A stretch of DNA of 64,000 nt from Candidatus Cloacimonadales bacterium (GCA_963662275.1 OY759316.1:3264001-3328000); one strand, 5' to 3'. Shown: positions 27,116-37,789, numbered from the stretch's first letter. Notes: generated by a model from the sequence alone, not told the origin. A program made the numbers and translations.

Positions 27116-28646
27116 CTTCAAGTACCATTTCACCTAAAGAGAGCTTATCACCTGTTTCGATTATCGTTCCCATGACTATGTTATACCCTTGTAAAATCAC
27201 TTTATCTTCAAGGATTGCTTCATTTAGATAAGAATTACATCCAATACGGCAATTGCTGCCAATCTTTGTTTCACCTTTCATGATACAATTAGCTTCGATC
27301 ATAGTATCATGTCCGATTATCACATCCTCACCGATAATAACGGAACATGGATTTTCTATGACGACTCCATTATTTAGCCAATGAGACTTGATTTCAGAAT
27401 AATACGCTACTTCCAAGTCAGCTAATTGTTCCTGTGAATTAATACCGGATGCTTCAATAAAATTATCCAGTAGAACTGCAGATACGATTGCTCCCTGTGC
27501 ATTCAGAATTTCGAGGGTATCAGTAAGATAATACTCATGCTGCTTATTTTCATTTGTGATCAATTTCAAGGTCTTGAATAAAGTCTGAACATCAAAGCAA
27601 TAAATTCCGGTATTTATTTCACGAATAGTACGCTGTTCTTCTGTGGCATCCTTGTATTCAATGATCTTTTCTACATGCTGAGTGACAGGGTGACGTATGA
27701 TACGCCCATATAAAGAAGGATCATCCATGACACAGGTTAGAACCGTACAGGCAGAATTACTTTCCCGATGTTCCTTTAAAAGATTCTGTAGTGTTTCAGC
27801 TTTTAGCAAAGGAACATCACCACAGAGGATAAATACATCCCCGTGAAAATCCTGGAAAACTGTTTCTGTCACCATGACAGCATGACCTGTCCCATTTTGT
27901 TCTTTTTGCTCTACAAAACTGATTCGATCATTCTCTTCGAGAGATTCAATGACTGATTCTTTCTGATATCCAATAACCACGCAAATGATCTCACTTTCAA
28001 GTTTTGAAGCTGTATCAACCACTCTTTGCAGGAGTGTTTTCCCCGCTAATTCAAAAGTAACTTTTGCTTTTTCAGATTTCATTCTTGTGCCTTTCCCGGC
28101 TGCAAGAATAATAGTTGAGACCTGTTTCATATCAGATATCTCCTTCAATTCGACTTGGTTATTATGTTCATTCACAGGAATCACGATTCCCATGAATTCG
28201 TCATATAGCTGTTTCATTGTTTTCCCTGATACAGGATGAATAAACGCAGAAGCAATTTCCACCATGGGTTTCAGGACAAATTCCCGATGCGATACTCCCG
28301 GGTGAGGAATGGTTATCATTTCATTTTCAATAATCTCCTGGTCAAAAAACAATATATCAAGATCAATGATACGGGGTCCCCATTTTTTTGTATCAAACCT
28401 GCCTAAAAGAATTTCAATTTTCTTTAATTGTTTCAACAAATCATGAGGTTCCAGCCCTGTCATAATCTTTACGACTTGGTTCAGGAAATCAGGCTGATCC
28501 GTTACACCAAAAGGTTTTGTTTCAATTACGGAACTTTCTTCAAGAATAATGACATCAGGGATATTGGATATTGCTTCCAAGGCTCTGCGTAAACTGCTTT
28601 CCCTGTCTCCAAGATTTGAACCTAGTCCAATAAATGTTAATTTCAT
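27105..28646 (-). CDS. FolK (HPPK) fused to a GlmU-type nucleotidyltransferase with a short left-handed beta-helix
   Basis: N-half GLGSNLGDR, WGPRIIDLDIL, PHP; C-half ILAAGKGTRMKS, GTGHAV, GDVPL, EINTGIY, EYYLTD, then a few hexapeptide repeats. Confidence 0.9.
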   Translation of the reverse strand: MKLTFIGLGSNLGDRESSLRRALEAISNIPDVIILEESSVIETKPFGVTDQPDFLNQVVKIMTGLEPHDLLKQLKKIEILLGRFDTKKWGPRIIDLDILFFDQEIIENEMITIPHPGVSHREFVLKPMVEIASAFIHPVSGKTMKQLYDEFMGIVIPVNEHNNQVELKEISDMKQVSTIILAAGKGTRMKSEKAKVTFELAGKTLLQRVVDTASKLESEIICVVIGYQKESVIESLEENDRISFVEQKEQNGTGHAVMVTETVFQDFHGDVFILCGDVPLLKAETLQNLLKEHRESNSACTVLTCVMDDPSLYGRIIRHPVTQHVEKIIEYKDATEEQRTIREINTGIYCFDVQTLFKTLKLITNENKQHEYYLTDTLEILNAQGAIVSAVLLDNFIEASGINSQEQLADLEVAYYSEIKSHWLNNGVVIENPCSVIIGEDVIIGHDTMIEANCIMKGETKIGSNCRIGCNSYLNEAILEDKVILQGYNIVMGTIIETGDKLSLGEMVLEDER

Positions 28647-28999
28647 CGATTGCGTACCATCTCCACTTCAACATATTCCAAAGTTCCCTGGATAGGGACA
28701 GAAGGTTTTTTGATACTGACCATTGCCTGCATAATTTCCGGAAAAGATTCGAGTGTTATATCCAATATTCTATTCGCACAATTTTCCAGAAGATGAAATT
28801 GCTGCTGTTCCATGATATCCTTAATAGCATCATAGACTTTCGTATAATCCAGAGTATCATCCAGATTGTGAATCTTAGCATCATTTAATGGATCTGTCAT
28901 CGCTGTATAAGAAACAACAAATCGTTGCCCTAATTTACGTTCAGCATCATGGACACCATGAAAACCATAAAACACCATATCATGCAGTTGTATCTTCAT
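28643..28999 (-). CDS. folB: Dihydroneopterin aldolase
   Basis: FYGFHGV..AERKLGQRF, TLDY, FHLLE, KKPSVPI. Confidence 0.93.
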   Translation of the reverse strand: MKIQLHDMVFYGFHGVHDAERKLGQRFVVSYTAMTDPLNDAKIHNLDDTLDYTKVYDAIKDIMEQQQFHLLENCANRILDITLESFPEIMQAMVSIKKPSVPIQGTLEYVEVEMVRNR

Positions 29000-29438
29000 T
29001 ATTCTCTTCTTCTTTTAAAATCCCATCTGTTGGAATAATATTTATTGATATCTTCTTCCCATAATAATGGTCTATGATTTTTACAACAAAAAAACTGAGT
29101 CCAAGACCTAGAATAGAAAACAGAACAGAGGTGCTTTCTTTAAATGCAAAAACGAATCGCCCTAACACAAAGCCTAATATCATGAAGATGATTGGCAGAA
29201 GAAAGAGCACGAGAGATGAAACGACTTCTGAACCACCCTGGATCTGTAATGTGACTTTATCTCCAATTTTCAAGGGTAAATCTGTTTCCAAAGTAAAATA
29301 CTTGTTTTTATTACCCATTCCACATGCACCGCTCATGTTGCAGGAAGAACATCCTTCTGTTGGACATACTTCTAATGTGACTTTCTTACCGTCAATAGCA
29401 ACAACCGTACTGATATCTTCTTTCGTCATTTCTTGCAT
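28980..29438 (-). CDS. RseC/MucC-family membrane protein
   Basis: GCSSC...GACG Cys cluster, GDKV, two C-terminal TM helices. Confidence 0.8.
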   Translation of the reverse strand: MQEMTKEDISTVVAIDGKKVTLEVCPTEGCSSCNMSGACGMGNKNKYFTLETDLPLKIGDKVTLQIQGGSEVVSSLVLFLLPIIFMILGFVLGRFVFAFKESTSVLFSILGLGLSFFVVKIIDHYYGKKISINIIPTDGILKEEENNEDTTA

Positions 29439-29454
29439 TTATTAGCCTCTTTTC

Positions 29455-29961
29455 TTATTTTTCATTACAAATTTCACTTCGGAAAACGTCGAGTATCTTC
29501 TCTATTGTATCTGTTGTAGAAAAACCTTCACGATAAAGCAGGCTTTTGACGCTGCCCCCATTAGCAATTACGATATCGGAACCCACTATGTTCTCCGGTA
29601 ACCAATCTCCACCTTTCACGAGGACATTTGGTTTGAGCAAGTTGATTAGATGATAAGGAGTATCTTCGTCAAAAATGACAATATACTCTACTGATGCAAG
29701 CCCCCCTAAAACATAAGCTCGATCCTGCTGGTTATTGATTGGTCTTAGTTCTCCTTTAATACGATGGATCGATGCATCGCTGTTTAATCCTACAGTTAAT
29801 ACATCTCCGTATTCACAGGCATCATGCAAATATGCAACATGACCAGCATGAAGAATATCAAAACAACCATTCGTAAAAACGATCCGCTTATGCTGTTCAT
29901 GAAGCGACTGAGCTATTCTGGCTATTTCGTCCCAAGTCTTGATCTTATGTTCCGGATTCAT
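29455..29961 (-). CDS. rfaE2: Heptose 1-phosphate adenylyltransferase (RfaE domain II)
   Basis: VFTNGCFDILHAGH, GLNSDAS, VKGGDW, STT. Confidence 0.92.
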   Translation of the reverse strand: MNPEHKIKTWDEIARIAQSLHEQHKRIVFTNGCFDILHAGHVAYLHDACEYGDVLTVGLNSDASIHRIKGELRPINNQQDRAYVLGGLASVEYIVIFDEDTPYHLINLLKPNVLVKGGDWLPENIVGSDIVIANGGSVKSLLYREGFSTTDTIEKILDVFRSEICNEK

Positions 29962-30957
29962 TCAGCCTTCTTTTCTTAGTGTATTCTGCATTGAATCAAT
30001 GATTTCCTGCGGATACGCTACTGAAGTTCCCATTTTCCCACAGACAACTCCCGCTGCATGGTTAGCAATTGTGGCAGCGGTTTCAATATCACAACCTGCT
30101 ATCAAACCTAAAGTTAAAGTACTGATTACTGTATCGCCTGCACCGGAGACATCATAGATTTCACGGGCAAATGTGGGAATTGAAATCATATCATTCTCAT
30201 TGGAAAAGATATTGAGCCCTTTCTCACCACGCGTGATGACTAGATATTTAGCTTCAATCTTATTCTGTAAAGCTGAAACAGCCTGTTGAAATTGCTCTTC
30301 TGATTCAATCAAAACACCTAAGTTCTTCTGTAATTCAGCAAAGTTGGGTTTGAATATTGAACAATTCCTGTAATCAAAGAAGTTCTTGAACTTCGGATCC
30401 ACGGCAATAAGTTTGCCAGCTTCATTTCCAAAGCATATGATACTTTCAATCAATTGCTTTGTCAGTAAGCCTTTATTATAATCTTCTATGATGATCGCAT
30501 CTACTTCCGGCAGATGATATTTCACGATTTCCAGTACCTGGTTTTCCAGCTCTTCTGAAATATCAGAATGCTCCTCTTTATCGATGCGAACGATTTGCTG
30601 CTGATGTGCAATGATGCGTGTCTTCAGCGTCGTGGGTCTCGTTTCAGAAGTAAGAATACCCGTCGTATCAATACCTTTCGCCTGGAGCAGCTTCATTATC
30701 TCATCACCGGCACTATCAGCGCCAACAAGCCCGATGATCTTAACAGAAGCACCCAAAGACCTCAAATTGTCAGCCACATTTCCAGAACCACCTAAACGGT
30801 ATTCTTCTTTGTTTACTTCCAGCACAGGAACAGGAGCTTCAGGTGATATCCGGTCAACACTGCCATAGATATAGTGATCAAGCATGATATCACCAATGAC
30901 CATTACCTTTTTCTCTTTGAAAGTCATCAATATCGATCTCAAATTCTTAATTTCCAT
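29962..30957 (-). CDS. rfaE1: Heptose 7-phosphate kinase (RfaE domain I)
   Basis: GDIMLDHY.YG.VDRISPEAPVP, DYNKG, VDPK, DVSGAGDTV. Confidence 0.93.
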   Translation of the reverse strand: MEIKNLRSILMTFKEKKVMVIGDIMLDHYIYGSVDRISPEAPVPVLEVNKEEYRLGGSGNVADNLRSLGASVKIIGLVGADSAGDEIMKLLQAKGIDTTGILTSETRPTTLKTRIIAHQQQIVRIDKEEHSDISEELENQVLEIVKYHLPEVDAIIIEDYNKGLLTKQLIESIICFGNEAGKLIAVDPKFKNFFDYRNCSIFKPNFAELQKNLGVLIESEEQFQQAVSALQNKIEAKYLVITRGEKGLNIFSNENDMISIPTFAREIYDVSGAGDTVISTLTLGLIAGCDIETAATIANHAAGVVCGKMGTSVAYPQEIIDSMQNTLRKEG

Positions 30958-30964
30958 GTCTCCC

Positions 30965-32329
30965 TCATTTCACTGGGTATTTACCATCAAAACACGCATA
31001 ACAATAATAATCCGGTTCAGATACACAGCTTCTTAAATCTTCTAAGGAAATATATTTTAATGAATCAGCATCACAATGTAATTTGATTTCTTCCAGGTTC
31101 TTTTGGTTAGCAATCAATTTTGTCTCATCAGGAGTATCGATTCCATAAAAACATGAGTACTTAACCTGCGGAGAACCGATACGTAAATGAACTTCTGCTG
31201 CACCAGCATCCTTGAGCATTTTTACTATTTTGCGGATTGTCGTCCCTCGAACAATGGAATCATCTACAAGCACGACTTTCTTACCGGGAAAGAAATTTGG
31301 CAATGGATTGAATTTCTGTCTCACACTTTCATCCCGAATTGTCTGTTCAGGTTTGATGAAAGTCCTGCCGACATAATGGTTTCGTATCAATCCCAAACCG
31401 AAAGGAAGATGCTTGCCATTGGCATATCCCAATCCGATAAAATTCGAAGAATCAGGCACAGGTATCGCATGATCAGGATGACACTCCTCATCTTTTTCAG
31501 CCAGCTTCAGACCTATCTTTTCCCTGATAGAATAGACATTCTCACCGAAATGAAAGCTATCCGGGCGCGAAAAATAGATCTGTTCAAAAATACAGTGCTT
31601 TTCATGCTCAGTGACTCTATATTGACGAGGTGAATTTTCGATGGTCTGAATTCCCTGCTCAGTGACCATAATAATGCCGGCTGATGGTACTTCAAACCTT
31701 TCAACAACACCGAGTATATCAAGAGCACAACTTTCTGAAGCAACTACGACAGTTCCATCACTTCGTTTTCCCCACACCATCGGGCGGATGGCATAAGGAT
31801 CACGAAACATGATCAACTCCTGCCTGGTTGCCATTACAGTTGAAAAGGCTCCTTTCACACGATGCATCATAAGTTTGATCGCATCGACAATCGTCATACT
31901 CTCTTTTTCAACGTGATAGGCAATGTACTTGAGTATCAATTCACCATCATTTTCACTGGCAAAATATACTCCCTTTCCTTCCAATTCTGTCCTGACATCC
32001 TGGTAATTAATGATGTCTCCATTACTGGCAAGAGCATAAGCCGGACCAGCTAGGGTTTCTACGATATGCGGCTGGGTATTATATTCTGTTGCAGAACCTT
32101 TGGTAGGATAACGAACATGCCCAATGGCAATTTTTCCTACCAGTTTCTCTATCAACCCAGGTATGAAAACATCCTTTACTAGTCCCATGCGTTTATGAAG
32201 CTTGAATATATGACCATCACTCACTGCCATTCCACAGCTTTCCTGTCCGCGATGCTGTTCCGCAAACATTCCTAAAGCTGCCAGGCTCGCTGCATTCTTG
32301 TGATTATATATCCCAATGATTCCGCACAT
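30965..32329 (-). CDS. purF: Amidophosphoribosyltransferase
   Basis: MCGIIG, QHRGQES, GHVRY, CIFEQIYFSRPDS, VDDSIVRGTT, CYACFDGKYP. Confidence 0.97.
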   Translation of the reverse strand: MCGIIGIYNHKNAASLAALGMFAEQHRGQESCGMAVSDGHIFKLHKRMGLVKDVFIPGLIEKLVGKIAIGHVRYPTKGSATEYNTQPHIVETLAGPAYALASNGDIINYQDVRTELEGKGVYFASENDGELILKYIAYHVEKESMTIVDAIKLMMHRVKGAFSTVMATRQELIMFRDPYAIRPMVWGKRSDGTVVVASESCALDILGVVERFEVPSAGIIMVTEQGIQTIENSPRQYRVTEHEKHCIFEQIYFSRPDSFHFGENVYSIREKIGLKLAEKDEECHPDHAIPVPDSSNFIGLGYANGKHLPFGLGLIRNHYVGRTFIKPEQTIRDESVRQKFNPLPNFFPGKKVVLVDDSIVRGTTIRKIVKMLKDAGAAEVHLRIGSPQVKYSCFYGIDTPDETKLIANQKNLEEIKLHCDADSLKYISLEDLRSCVSEPDYYCYACFDGKYPVK

Positions 32330-32367
32330 TTATTTATCCTCGTACCACCTATTTCAGGAGGCAATCA

Positions 32368-33015
32368 TTATTCCGGTTTCTTACGGAAAGAAAGCTGATT
32401 CTCTCTTCCTTCGCTCAATCTTCTAATATTCTCTTTATGCTTATAAATAACAAAACTTCCAATAATCAATATCAAACTTAGATTTGCAGCATCAGTAAAC
32501 TGGTTGATTACATTGATATATAGCTCAGAAAGCATTAATAGAATTACTCCGAAAATTGAACCAAGAGAAACATATTTAGTGATAGCTGTGACAACCAGAA
32601 AAGTAATAAAGGCAATGATTAAAGGCACTGGTGCTATCATGATGAAAACACCTGCTGCAGTAGCCACTCCTTTTCCGCCTTTGAAGCGTAGGAAAACAGA
32701 AAAAATATGACCAAAAATAACTGCAAATCCGACCAAGCTTAAAAAGACAGTAATCTCATTACTGCCAAATCTTTTCAGGAGTAACTCACCGACCATGATC
32801 GCTGCAACTCCTTTCAAAATATCAATGGCTAAGACGAGTAACGCAAGCTTCACTCCCAGTACCCTCATCGTATTTGTGGCACCTGTATTTCCACTACCTT
32901 TTTCTCGAATATCCTGCCCTTTGATCAATCTGACAAAAATATACCCAGTTGGAAAACTGCCAATGACATAGGCAATGATGATCGGTATGCTAATACTTAA
33001 TAATAGGGACATCAT
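32368..33015 (-). CDS. plsY: Glycerol-3-phosphate acyltransferase
   Basis: DIREKGSGNTGATN, FKGGKGVAT, HKENIRRL. Confidence 0.96.
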   Translation of the reverse strand: MMSLLLSISIPIIIAYVIGSFPTGYIFVRLIKGQDIREKGSGNTGATNTMRVLGVKLALLVLAIDILKGVAAIMVGELLLKRFGSNEITVFLSLVGFAVIFGHIFSVFLRFKGGKGVATAAGVFIMIAPVPLIIAFITFLVVTAITKYVSLGSIFGVILLMLSELYINVINQFTDAANLSLILIIGSFVIYKHKENIRRLSEGRENQLSFRKKPE

Positions 33016-33076
33016 AATCCTCTTTTATCGCTCAGTCTTCAGGCAATGTAACGCCGACGTTAACCTGTTCTTCCCT

Positions 33077-34417
33077 CTAATACTCAACATCGGGGTCATC
33101 TCCACCCTTGCCCTTAAAAATGATCCTGATCGTAGCTCCCTTAAAATGGAACTTTTCTCGAATCTGGTTATGAATATAGCGTTTATAGGCTTCCGAAAGA
33201 AGCTTGGGTGCATTACAGAAAATCAGGAATGTAGGTGGATGCATTTCCACTTGCGTCATATATTTCAGTTTAATATGCCTTCCCGTATGATGGGAAGGTG
33301 CATGTTTATTGATAATGTCTTCACGGAATTCGTTCAACTGAGCGGTAGGAATTCGAACATGGCTTGACTCATCCACTTCCAGCACCATATCGAGAATCTT
33401 TTGCACTCGTTGACCTGTTAAGGCGGAAATAAATAAGATTGGTGCATAATCGATGAAACTTAGCTCTTCTTTCACGGTTGTAACGAATTTCCCCACTGTG
33501 AAATTATCTTTATCTTCCGGTAAATCCCACTTATTCACGACGATGATAAGATCCTTGAATTTTCGTCTTGCATAGGATGCAATCCTCTGTTCCTGGTTGG
33601 ATATTTCTTCGTCTGCTGCTAATACTAGCACAACAACATCCGCCTTATCAACTGTCTCTAATGTCCGCATAGAACTGAAGTATTCCACACCATATTTGAC
33701 TTTTGCTTTCCGGCGTAAGCCAGCAGTATCAATGATAGTAAGTTTTTTCCCTTTAAATCTTAAATCAGTATCAATCGAATCACGTGTCGTTCCAGGAACT
33801 TCAGAAACGATGACCTGTTCACTTCCTAAGAGCTTATTGACGATTGATGATTTTCCCACATTCGGTTTACCTACAATCGCAATTTTAATTGTATCTTCTT
33901 CTTCCTCATTAATTTCCTGGGCTGGAATTAAATCCATCAGGACATCAAGAAATTTACCGGTATTCCGTCCCTGGCTGGCAGATATCGGAAAGGCATCTCC
34001 AAATCCAAGTTTGAGAAATTCATATAGATCAAATTCGTCTTTTTCATTATCAACCTTATTTACGACTAGCACGACATTATTCCTTCGGGGTAATAGCATC
34101 TTGCCTATCGCTGAATCAAGATCTGTTATACCTGTTTTAGCATCCACTACAAAAAGAATAAGATCTGCTTCTTCAATCGCTATAGCAGCCTGGTAACGAA
34201 TCAATTGATCCATGGACTCTGTGGAATCAGCAACGATTCCACCTGTATCGACAACGGAAAAGACTTTCCCGTTCCATTCGACATCTTCATATTTCCGGTC
34301 TCGTGTAATACCGGATTCAAAATCAACAATCGCACTGCGCTTCCGGCATAAACGATTAAAAAGGGTGGATTTCCCAACATTGGGACGCCCCACAATAGCG
34401 ACAACTTGCTTTCTCAT
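33077..34417 (-). CDS. der: Ribosome biogenesis GTPase Der (EngA)
   Basis: Two P-loops GRPNVGKS and GKPNVGKS, DTGG/DTAG, NKVD/NKWD. Confidence 0.98.
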   Translation of the reverse strand: MRKQVVAIVGRPNVGKSTLFNRLCRKRSAIVDFESGITRDRKYEDVEWNGKVFSVVDTGGIVADSTESMDQLIRYQAAIAIEEADLILFVVDAKTGITDLDSAIGKMLLPRRNNVVLVVNKVDNEKDEFDLYEFLKLGFGDAFPISASQGRNTGKFLDVLMDLIPAQEINEEEEDTIKIAIVGKPNVGKSSIVNKLLGSEQVIVSEVPGTTRDSIDTDLRFKGKKLTIIDTAGLRRKAKVKYGVEYFSSMRTLETVDKADVVVLVLAADEEISNQEQRIASYARRKFKDLIIVVNKWDLPEDKDNFTVGKFVTTVKEELSFIDYAPILFISALTGQRVQKILDMVLEVDESSHVRIPTAQLNEFREDIINKHAPSHHTGRHIKLKYMTQVEMHPPTFLIFCNAPKLLSEAYKRYIHNQIREKFHFKGATIRIIFKGKGGDDPDVEY

Positions 34418-34765
34418 TCATCTTTCCTTAGAATTGCCAAATCTTGTTATTTAGCAATACTAATTCTCTACTATAGGTGATTTTGTCAAAGAAAATGAGA
34501 ATAACACTCTCCTAGAGGGGGATACAAGAGGAATTATTGAGAGCCTCATCTGAACTTAATTGTAGCTCCCCCGTTCTACCTCCCCTTGAGAGGGGGGGTA
34601 AGGAACCAGGCTTTGGGAATGTGTATATACTTAAAAAAGCAATTTTGAAGAGGATCAGCTATTCCACATTTGGGAAAGAAAAGCTAATACCCCTTGGGAA
34701 GGAAATGCTAATCCCCCCTTGGGAAGGGGGGGAGGGGGGTCATTCTGAATCTGTTACCTGTCACC

Positions 34766-37333
34766 TTATTTGAGCAGTAGCATTTTCTTTGTCACAGTCT
34801 TATCGTTTGTATTCAGACGGTAGAAATAGACTCCACTCGTACATGATTTTCCACTATCATCTTTTCCATCCCACACGACCTTATGCAGTCCTATTGGCAT
34901 ATTCTCATTGATCAAATGCGCTACTTTCTGCCCCCTGATATTGAATATCTCCAGTTTCACTTTTTGCGGTGATTTCAGATGAAAAGACAGCGTTGCGCTG
35001 CTTTGAAAAGGATTCGGATATATTGATAATCCTTCCCTCGCTGCTGCTGTATTGTCTTGGTTGGCAACGGGTGTAATGATTGACATCCTGCGGATGCTAT
35101 CATAGCGATTTGCGTAACTGACGATGAGTGAGGGAGAAAATGTGCCGCCTTCTGTATAAACATAAGTGGGATTCTGCTCTTCAGAATCAAGGACGCCATC
35201 ACCATTGAAATCCCACGCCCAATGATCGGCATCACCAGTACTCATATCCGTAAAATGGACGGCAAGTGGAGCTGCACCACTGGTATCAGAGACAGCAAAA
35301 CCAGCCTGAATCTGACCCTGGTATTCATAAGCACCAATATCTATCCGGCTCTGTATCCCCAAACCATTCATAATTCTCGGATTGCCGAATAAGTCAAAAG
35401 GAGAGAGCGATAATCCTGTGGTATCAGTTGTTCCGGCATCTATCCCCGGAGATAGGGAAGTTATCATATAGGAGTTATCTCCCCACCCAAAGAATATCGG
35501 TTCTTCATCAATATTTCCCTCCTGCCAGTGCAGGAAATCGGAAGGATCACAAAATACACCATCCATGCCATTCCGAATGATATTATTGGATAGATACTCA
35601 TGATGATTATTTGGACTAGCCGGAGTATAAGGAAATAAGATTTCCTGGGATAATGCAGGATTCCAAAATATATTATTGGAAAGCATTGCATCACCATAGA
35701 TGGATAATAAAGAACTACCACCTGAATTATTGGCAAAAGTGCAGTTACTTATTTCTATGCCGTTATTTGCGTTAATTACTGCCATTGATGAACTAGCAGA
35801 TTGTGTGTTGTTAATAATATTCGAGTTTTTTATTTGAACATTAAGCCTGTCTGTTTCTACTGTTCTTCCAATGTAGAAAATCCCAGATCCATATTCAGAG
35901 TAATTATGATTTCCATTGAAAGTGCAACCATCAACTATTAATGTTCCATTTTGGGAGTAATTCAAACCATCACCTACAAATTCATTACTGCTGTTATTCT
36001 CTGAAACGCAATTAATTAAATAATTAATTCCTGAACAATCGGCAAAGGAGAATCCAGAATAGTATAATGATGCCATATTATTCCGAATGATTGTATTAGT
36101 AATCAAAAAATCTCTTCCTCCTCCGTTGCTAATGCCCACATTCGAACTCCCCAATCCATTTTCTACTATGACATTGTTTATTTCAGAATTTCTACTTCTT
36201 GTAGATTGGATGTTTTTTGGAGAATTTATACAGGTCAAATCCGAAATAACAACATGCTTACTCTGAATTGCAGGGAACAATAATTGATATGTAACTTCGC
36301 CATCAAGGATAGTATTTTCCCTGTTATCTCCTTTCAGATGAGTCCAGCTTTTCAGTGAAACACCGAATCTCTGTCCATTGCCTGAAACAGAATACGTTCC
36401 CTGGGCAAGATGAACAATTTTCGGATTCAAGCTGTCTGAAGCAATACGATACATTGCCTTATAAATTGAACGAAGAGGAGAAGACACTGATAATCCGGCA
36501 TTCTCATCATTGCCATTGGGAGAAACATACAAGTCATGATTAATTTCTGTCATATAGCCATGTTCAACATTGCAACTAATAGGGTTCTCAATGTTAGAAT
36601 CATCTGCAAATCCACTGATAAAAAAACCCAGAGGGTTTATGACTGTGCATGTATCGAGAACAACATTAACCTGGTTAAAATATGTGAATAGACAGTCTAA
36701 GCCTGCAACAGCATTATTATTATAGATTGAGCATTTATCCTGGGTATCGAAAGTAATAGTATTGGTATTCCCATAATTATAAAAGTACAAACCACCTCCA
36801 CCATAAGTTGCATTATTATTCCAGATGGTTGTTCCTTTTAAAATGAGATTAACTAAGGAACAATTAATGCCACCTCCATAATCCGAAGTATTATTTATTA
36901 TCCGACAATTGACAATTGTGAGAAGTCCTACATTCTCACAAAATATTCCTCCTCCATGATGCAGATGTGAAGAAGTAAAAAAATGTCCTATCCCATTTGT
37001 AATTAATAGACCTCTCATGATAGCAAATGATTCATTACTGTTTATGTATATGCAACTGCTTTGCTGATTACCGTCAATGATCGTGGAATCAATATAAGCA
37101 GGATTCCCAGTTGTCAGTTCCAAACTCGCAAGGGTTAGGCTATGCCCATTGAAATTGATATTCTCGAAGTATCTTCCCGGATATACTAAGACCGTGTCAC
37201 CGGTTGCAGAGGCATTAATGGCTGATTGGACAGCAGTAAACTGAGCAGAGCCATCCAGGTTAACGGTATGAGTAAGAGCGTAGAGTATTCCTGTTGAGAA
37301 TGCAAGCATTATCAATAACATAGTCTTTGACAT
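34766..37333 (-). CDS. Secreted right-handed beta-helix protein with PKD domain and FlgD-Ig/Por-type CTD
   Basis: GDTVLVYPGRYFENI, GGGI repeats, YVSPNGND, SPGIDAG, DIGAYEY, WDFNGDG PKD, YPNPF CTD. Confidence 0.88.
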   Translation of the reverse strand: MSKTMLLIMLAFSTGILYALTHTVNLDGSAQFTAVQSAINASATGDTVLVYPGRYFENINFNGHSLTLASLELTTGNPAYIDSTIIDGNQQSSCIYINSNESFAIMRGLLITNGIGHFFTSSHLHHGGGIFCENVGLLTIVNCRIINNTSDYGGGINCSLVNLILKGTTIWNNNATYGGGGLYFYNYGNTNTITFDTQDKCSIYNNNAVAGLDCLFTYFNQVNVVLDTCTVINPLGFFISGFADDSNIENPISCNVEHGYMTEINHDLYVSPNGNDENAGLSVSSPLRSIYKAMYRIASDSLNPKIVHLAQGTYSVSGNGQRFGVSLKSWTHLKGDNRENTILDGEVTYQLLFPAIQSKHVVISDLTCINSPKNIQSTRSRNSEINNVIVENGLGSSNVGISNGGGRDFLITNTIIRNNMASLYYSGFSFADCSGINYLINCVSENNSSNEFVGDGLNYSQNGTLIVDGCTFNGNHNYSEYGSGIFYIGRTVETDRLNVQIKNSNIINNTQSASSSMAVINANNGIEISNCTFANNSGGSSLLSIYGDAMLSNNIFWNPALSQEILFPYTPASPNNHHEYLSNNIIRNGMDGVFCDPSDFLHWQEGNIDEEPIFFGWGDNSYMITSLSPGIDAGTTDTTGLSLSPFDLFGNPRIMNGLGIQSRIDIGAYEYQGQIQAGFAVSDTSGAAPLAVHFTDMSTGDADHWAWDFNGDGVLDSEEQNPTYVYTEGGTFSPSLIVSYANRYDSIRRMSIITPVANQDNTAAAREGLSIYPNPFQSSATLSFHLKSPQKVKLEIFNIRGQKVAHLINENMPIGLHKVVWDGKDDSGKSCTSGVYFYRLNTNDKTVTKKMLLLK

Positions 37334-37367
37334 ATCTTCTCCAAGATTCTAATTGGAACGCAATCTT

Positions 37368-37789
37368 TAGACCCCCCTACCCCCCTTCTCAAGGGGGGAT
37401 TAAGGAGCCTTATCTGAACTTAATTTTAGTCTCACCTTTCTAATCCCCCCTTGAGAAGGGGGGTTAAGGAGCCTTATCTGAACTTAATTTTAGTCTCCAC
37501 TTTCTAATCCCCCCTTGAGAAGGGGGGTTAAGGAGCCTTATCTGAACTTAATTTTAGTCTCCACTTTCTAATCCCCCCTTGAGAAGGGGGGTTAAGGAGC
37601 CTTATCTGAACTTAATTTTAGTACCCTTTCTAATCCCCCCTTGAGAAGGGGGGTTAAGGAGCCTTATCTGAACTTAATTTTAGTACCCTTTCTAATCCCC
37701 CCTTGAGAAGGGGGGTTAAGGAGCCTTATCTGAACTTAATTTTAGTACCCTTTCTAATCCCCCCTTGAGAAGGGGGGTAGGGGGGTCTA
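37368..37789. repeat. Tandem array of six 62-64-bp palindromic units bounded by a perfect 35-bp inverted repeat
   Basis: Unit starts at 37401, 37465, 37529, 37593, 37655 and 37717; 37368-37402 is the exact reverse complement of 37755-37789. Confidence 0.95.

Noticed and set aside
37368..37789. CRISPR array
   Set aside because: The would-be spacers are essentially identical, the array has terminal inverted repeats, and no cas gene is in the window.
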